This document shows, in pieces, positions 60,213-64,000 of a DNA stretch of 64,000 nt (its first letter is position 1; every line of letters starts with the position of its first letter). The stretch is taken from sequence record DRR378314_814. One strand, given 5' to 3'. The notes below the pieces were generated by a model, which was not told where the DNA came from, did not search any database, and saw only the letters and a list, made by a program, of their open reading frames with translations. The position numbers and the translations under genes are program-made.

Positions 60213-61064
60213 ATGAGCACGACTGTTGAGAGAAAACTAACAACCATCCTCTGTGCTGATGTTGCTGGTTACAGTCGTCTGATGGAGCAGGATGAAGTCA
60301 CAACTTTGAAAGATTTGAAAGTTGCCCGGATCCTGTTTCAGGAACAGATCGAAACCCTTGGTGGTCGTTTAATCAACATGGTGGGAGACGGCATCATCGC
60401 TGAATTTCCAAGTGTGATAAACGCTGTCCAAACCGCGGTCACAATCCAGAACCTGATGCAGGAAAAACATTCAAAGGGTGAATTCGAATTGCCGTTGCAT
60501 TTCCGTATCGGACTTAATCTGGGCGATGTCATGATAGAGGGCGATGATATCTTTGGCGATGGGGTGAATATCGCTGCCCGCCTGGAAGCCATGGCCCCAA
60601 CCGGCGGCATCTGCATTTCCGGAACCGTCTATGATCATGTGAAAAACAAGCTCCCCGCCAGTTTTCAATATCTGGGGGAGAAGCATGTTAAAAATATTCA
60701 AGGGGCTGTTCCTGTCTACTCTCTTGGCCTTGCAGAGCATACACCGAATAGATCCACCATTAGCGTCGAGACCCAGGATGCACCGCAACCCGCTGACGAA
60801 GAAGAGGTCAAGCTGCGGAGCCAGGTTCGGCGAAAAGCGGCTTACTATCGCCGCTGCATGATGACGGGCAGTCTGATTGTCTTTATGGTCTTCATCAATT
60901 TGCTGACGTCACCGGGTTATTTCTGGTTCGTTTGGCCCGCATTACCGATGCTTCTGATGTTGGCCCTCAGTGGCTTTAAGGTCTTTGGAAAAGCACATTT
61001 TGCTGAAGAGTGGGAAGCCAAAGAAATGGAAAAAGCCAAGCGCCGGCGACATCGGAACTCTTAA
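60213..61064 (+). CDS. Class III adenylate/guanylate cyclase with C-terminal 2TM domain
   Basis: ILCADVAGYSRLM, VGDG, FRIGLNLGDV, FGDGVNIAARLE, KNI; two hydrophobic helices then WEAKEMEK. Confidence 0.85.
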   Translation: MSTTVERKLTTILCADVAGYSRLMEQDEVTTLKDLKVARILFQEQIETLGGRLINMVGDGIIAEFPSVINAVQTAVTIQNLMQEKHSKGEFELPLHFRIGLNLGDVMIEGDDIFGDGVNIAARLEAMAPTGGICISGTVYDHVKNKLPASFQYLGEKHVKNIQGAVPVYSLGLAEHTPNRSTISVETQDAPQPADEEEVKLRSQVRRKAAYYRRCMMTGSLIVFMVFINLLTSPGYFWFVWPALPMLLMLALSGFKVFGKAHFAEEWEAKEMEKAKRRRHRNS

Positions 61065-61080
61065 GCTTCAGGGCTTTATC

Positions 61081-62016
61081 TTAAAACCCTTTTGCGCTAC
61101 CCATGGCCCCCATACGCTGACAAATTTCGTGAAAACCACTTACGGTTTCCTGGATGATGTCAGCCACTGATTTTTGCCCGTGGATGAGAGCTGCGGACTG
61201 CCCGGCCAGTCCCGCGCTTGCTTGCATATCTCCGCCAAAATACAGTTCCTGTATTCGCTGGAACATATCTTTTGGCATCACGCCATCTTCAAAAATTTCC
61301 AATGTCTTATCGGTTTTAAGGGCGCGAATGCAGGGTTTGGATTTCTTATTCAAAACAACGGTTCCAACATCTTCGGCCGCAATAATCGCATTTTTGTAAT
61401 TTTCATGCACTGGGCTTTCTAAGGCCGACACAAAGCGGGTGCCCATCTGAACCGCTTCTGCCCCGGCGGCAAATGCAGCGGCCATCCCCCGGCCATCGAC
61501 AATTCCGCCCGCCGCAACTATTGGAACGTCGACAACTTCCCGAATGGCTTGCAATAAAACAAGCAGGGATACCTCTTCAGGGTTTTTAAAACCGCCGCCT
61601 TCACCGCCCTCAACGACCAGGCCATCCACGCCGGCTTCAACGGCTTTCACGGCGGCCTTTACGGTTGGAACTGCGTGATAAACAATGATGTCATGCTGCT
61701 TTAGAATATGAATGAGTTTTTCCGGATTACCGGCAGAGGTGGTCACAAACTTCACACCAGATTCAGCCACAAAGCGGATCATCTTTTCATCACGTAAAAA
61801 CAGCAGCGGCAAATTAATGCCAAAGGGCGCGTCCGTTAGATCCTTCATCCTGTTGATTTCAGCGATGCAGTTATCTGTCTCTCCCGACGATGTTTCGATA
61901 ACGCCAAGACCACCCGCCTGGCACACGGCAGATGCCAGTTGGGATCTGGCGATCCAGCCCATCGGCGCCTGAATAATCGGATATTTCGCGCCCGTATGCT
62001 CTAAGAAGCGGTTCAT
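61081..62016 (-). CDS. Nitronate monooxygenase / FabK-like FMN oxidoreductase
   Basis: PIIQAPMG, VEGGEGGG, AAGGIVDGRG, VQMGTRF, AGQSAALI. Confidence 0.85.
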   Translation of the reverse strand: MNRFLEHTGAKYPIIQAPMGWIARSQLASAVCQAGGLGVIETSSGETDNCIAEINRMKDLTDAPFGINLPLLFLRDEKMIRFVAESGVKFVTTSAGNPEKLIHILKQHDIIVYHAVPTVKAAVKAVEAGVDGLVVEGGEGGGFKNPEEVSLLVLLQAIREVVDVPIVAAGGIVDGRGMAAAFAAGAEAVQMGTRFVSALESPVHENYKNAIIAAEDVGTVVLNKKSKPCIRALKTDKTLEIFEDGVMPKDMFQRIQELYFGGDMQASAGLAGQSAALIHGQKSVADIIQETVSGFHEICQRMGAMGSAKGF

Positions 62017-62053
62017 GTTTACCCCAGTCTATTTCTTGTTTTTTTGAAGTCTG

Positions 62054-62695
62054 CTAGTCGAACTGTCGATCCAGATACTGACCCAGCTCTGTCAGCGTCT
62101 GGTCTTCGCCCACAACCTTAATGGTTTTCATTCCAAGGCGTGCGGCCGGTTTCAAATTGATGCCCAGATCATCCAGATACACAATTTCAGAAGGCTCAAC
62201 ACCCATTTTTTCACAGGTGTAAGCGTAAATCTCCGGATCTGGTTTGCGCATTCCGATTTTGCTGGACTCAATCACCAGATCAAAGAGTTGCATGACGTCC
62301 ATAACCGCTTTTTGGACCTCTTCAGACCGGCTCATCCCCGGCCCTTTACCCGCAGAAACGTTATTAGTCAGGCAGACGCAACGATAGTCTTTGCCAATTT
62401 CCTTCAGGGCCGCAACCATACGCGGGCGTAGTGCGCCAGATAACAACTTGATCACTTCGCTTCCGGGTACGGGATGGCCAAGCGCTGTACTTTCCTCCAG
62501 GAAAAGCGTGTCAAACTCTTCTGCGGTGACTTTACTCCGCTCAAACTTGGCCCAGGCGTTCGTATCCGGGTTGGTCGAATTAACCTTGCGAAGGAAATTC
62601 TCAGGTAATTCATTTTGCGCTTCAAACCGTTTGAATTGCTCAAATGGGCTCGTCGTGAGAACGCCCCCGAAATCCCAGAGGACTGCCTTGATCAT
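62054..62695 (-). CDS. HAD-superfamily phosphatase (epoxide hydrolase N-domain-like)
   Basis: WDFGGVL, LTNN, GMRKPDPEIY, YLDDLGINL. Confidence 0.88.
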   Translation of the reverse strand: MIKAVLWDFGGVLTTSPFEQFKRFEAQNELPENFLRKVNSTNPDTNAWAKFERSKVTAEEFDTLFLEESTALGHPVPGSEVIKLLSGALRPRMVAALKEIGKDYRCVCLTNNVSAGKGPGMSRSEEVQKAVMDVMQLFDLVIESSKIGMRKPDPEIYAYTCEKMGVEPSEIVYLDDLGINLKPAARLGMKTIKVVGEDQTLTELGQYLDRQFD

Positions 62696-62868
62696 TTGGT
62701 TTCCTTTATTGAATGTTCAGCACAGGTGAGATCAAAAATCTTTGATTATTTCTGAATTGACGTGGATAGTGGCAGTATGAAATTTGCTTGTCAAATCTGG
62801 ACATGTTCAGATGCAGTGCTTATCTATTAGAAAATTAGCAGCATAATAATCGGGATGGATCAGTGATA

Positions 62869-63675
62869 ATGAAAAAGAAAATCGTTTACACAGTCTTATT
62901 CGGAGCTTTGCTGACGGGTCCGGTCTTGGCTGCAGAAAATACCGATCTTGAGAGATTCAAAACCACAAACATGTGTGAAAATTGTGATCTGCGCAATGTG
63001 ATGTTGCAAGGCGTTGTGATGAAAGACGCCAAACTTAAAAAAGTCAATTTACGCGATAGTCTCCTCAAAAATACAACATTTGATGGCGCGAACCTTTCCG
63101 GCTCTGACCTTCGCAGGGCGGATCTGGAGAAAGCTTCCCTGCAGAATGCGGACATCTCGCGCGCGATTTTACGGGATACGGATTTGGAGAAATCCCTGTT
63201 GAATGGCTCAAATCTAAAAGGGTCAGATCTTCAGGATGCGGATTTGGAAAATGCTGTCGCGGAAAATGCAGATTTCAGCAATTGCGATCTTCGGAAAACA
63301 AATATGAAGCGTGGCGTCTTTTCCAACAGTTCTTTTCAAAACTCCCAACTGTCCGAGGCGAACCTGAAACGATCGGTTGCCCGCAACACCAATTTCAAAA
63401 ACGCTAAACTGAAAAATACACGACTAACCCGCGCGGATCTGTCAGGTTCGCGGTTTGATGATGCGGATCTTTCTCAAGCCAATTTTTATCGGGCGACCTT
63501 GACCGGAACGAGTTTTAAAAACGCGGATCTGGAAGACGCTGTATTTTGGAAAGCCGATCTTTCCGGCGCCGATTTTTCCGAAGCTGATGATCTGGAACAG
63601 GATCAGCTAACGGGTGCGTGCGGCAATTCTGAAACACGCCTTCCAGGCTATCTAAACGTTCCTAACTGCGAATAA
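62869..63675 (+). CDS. Secreted pentapeptide-repeat protein
   Basis: Signal-peptide-like MKKKIVYTVLFGALLTGPVLA, CENC cap, long run of A(D/N)Lxx repeats, C-terminal cysteines. Confidence 0.9.
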   Translation: MKKKIVYTVLFGALLTGPVLAAENTDLERFKTTNMCENCDLRNVMLQGVVMKDAKLKKVNLRDSLLKNTTFDGANLSGSDLRRADLEKASLQNADISRAILRDTDLEKSLLNGSNLKGSDLQDADLENAVAENADFSNCDLRKTNMKRGVFSNSSFQNSQLSEANLKRSVARNTNFKNAKLKNTRLTRADLSGSRFDDADLSQANFYRATLTGTSFKNADLEDAVFWKADLSGADFSEADDLEQDQLTGACGNSETRLPGYLNVPNCE

Positions 63676-63693
63676 AAGGCCAACCCCGGGGCT

Positions 63694-64000
63694 TTAAAGA
63701 ATTTTCCCCGGGTTCATGATATTGTCCGGATCCAGTGCTGTTTTTAAGGTGGCCATTACATCAAGCGCCCCCTCTCCCAGTTCGGCTTTCAAATACTTCT
63801 TTTTACCGAGCCCGACGCCATGCTCACCCGTGCAGGTTCCCTCCATAGATTGCGCCCTGGCGATCAGTCGGGCGTTCAGTTCTTCCGCTTCTGCAATCTC
63901 ATCCGGATTATCCATATCCAGAACGAAGGCGAGATGAAAATTACCATCCCCGACATGCCCGACAATTGGCGCGATGAGGGAGGATTTCTCAAGATCTGCT
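63694..64000 (-). CDS. FAD-linked oxidase (D-lactate dehydrogenase/GlcD-like), C-terminal part; truncated by window
   Basis: GHVGDGNFH, GTCTGEHGVGLGK, LDPDNIMNPGK. Confidence 0.88.
   Translation of the reverse strand, partial: ADLEKSSLIAPIVGHVGDGNFHLAFVLDMDNPDEIAEAEELNARLIARAQSMEGTCTGEHGVGLGKKKYLKAELGEGALDVMATLKTALDPDNIMNPGKIL

Noticed and set aside
60213..61064. Pycsar anti-phage system
   Set aside because: The cyclase looks like the common alphaproteobacterial type; no separate cNMP-binding effector and no defence-island context.
62869..63675. Qnr/MfpA quinolone-resistance protein
   Set aside because: A signal peptide implies export, which is incompatible with gyrase protection.
1..64000. 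Prophage, IS element or integrative island
   Set aside because: No integrase, transposase or phage structural genes recognised; the tRNA 3' side lies outside the window and cannot be assessed.

Overview
Chromosomal window from an alphaproteobacterium, inferred from the permuted two-piece tmRNA, ctrA/chpT/sciP, flbD and alpha-type sspB; the gene order looks Rhodospirillales/Sneathiella-like. Bases 1-31800 hold a partial tRNA-Met, mnmA, and a flagellar/chemotaxis supercluster (flgL-flgK, fliK-flgD-flgE-sciP, fliF-fliG-fliH-fliN-motA-flbD-flhA-flhF-flhG-hypothetical, fliI-fliJ, ctrA, cheAY-cheW-cheY-cheB-cheR, chpT) with readable sigma54 promoters, FlbD (ftr)-like sites and CtrA boxes. The rest is mostly metabolic: a two-subunit NAD-linked formate dehydrogenase of the Methylorubrum FDH1 type, fdhD/mobA, mmsAB plus LysR, cysQ, dihydroorotase, ygfZ-tag, a glycosyltransferase, a LysR/acyl-CoA dehydrogenase pair, thyA-folA-ssrA-sspB-class I fumarase, several small proteins, a haloalkane dehalogenase, a class III nucleotide cyclase with a 2TM tail, and a secreted pentapeptide-repeat protein. 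I found no CRISPR array, integrase, transposase or prophage. Best leads: (i) the DUF4169-like protein near ssrA/sspB begins with a copy of the SspB ClpX-docking motif; (ii) a second FliK-like protein closes the fliF operon; (iii) a G-rich 15-bp minisatellite with a G-quadruplex motif lies between mnmA and tRNA-Met; (iv) a LysR gene lacks a canonical start, and a 1-nt change in a T6 run would restore one; (v) a structured leader with a Moco-RNA-like end precedes the FDH operon; (vi) an unlisted 55-aa gene. All family calls come from motif recognition by eye; no database search was run.
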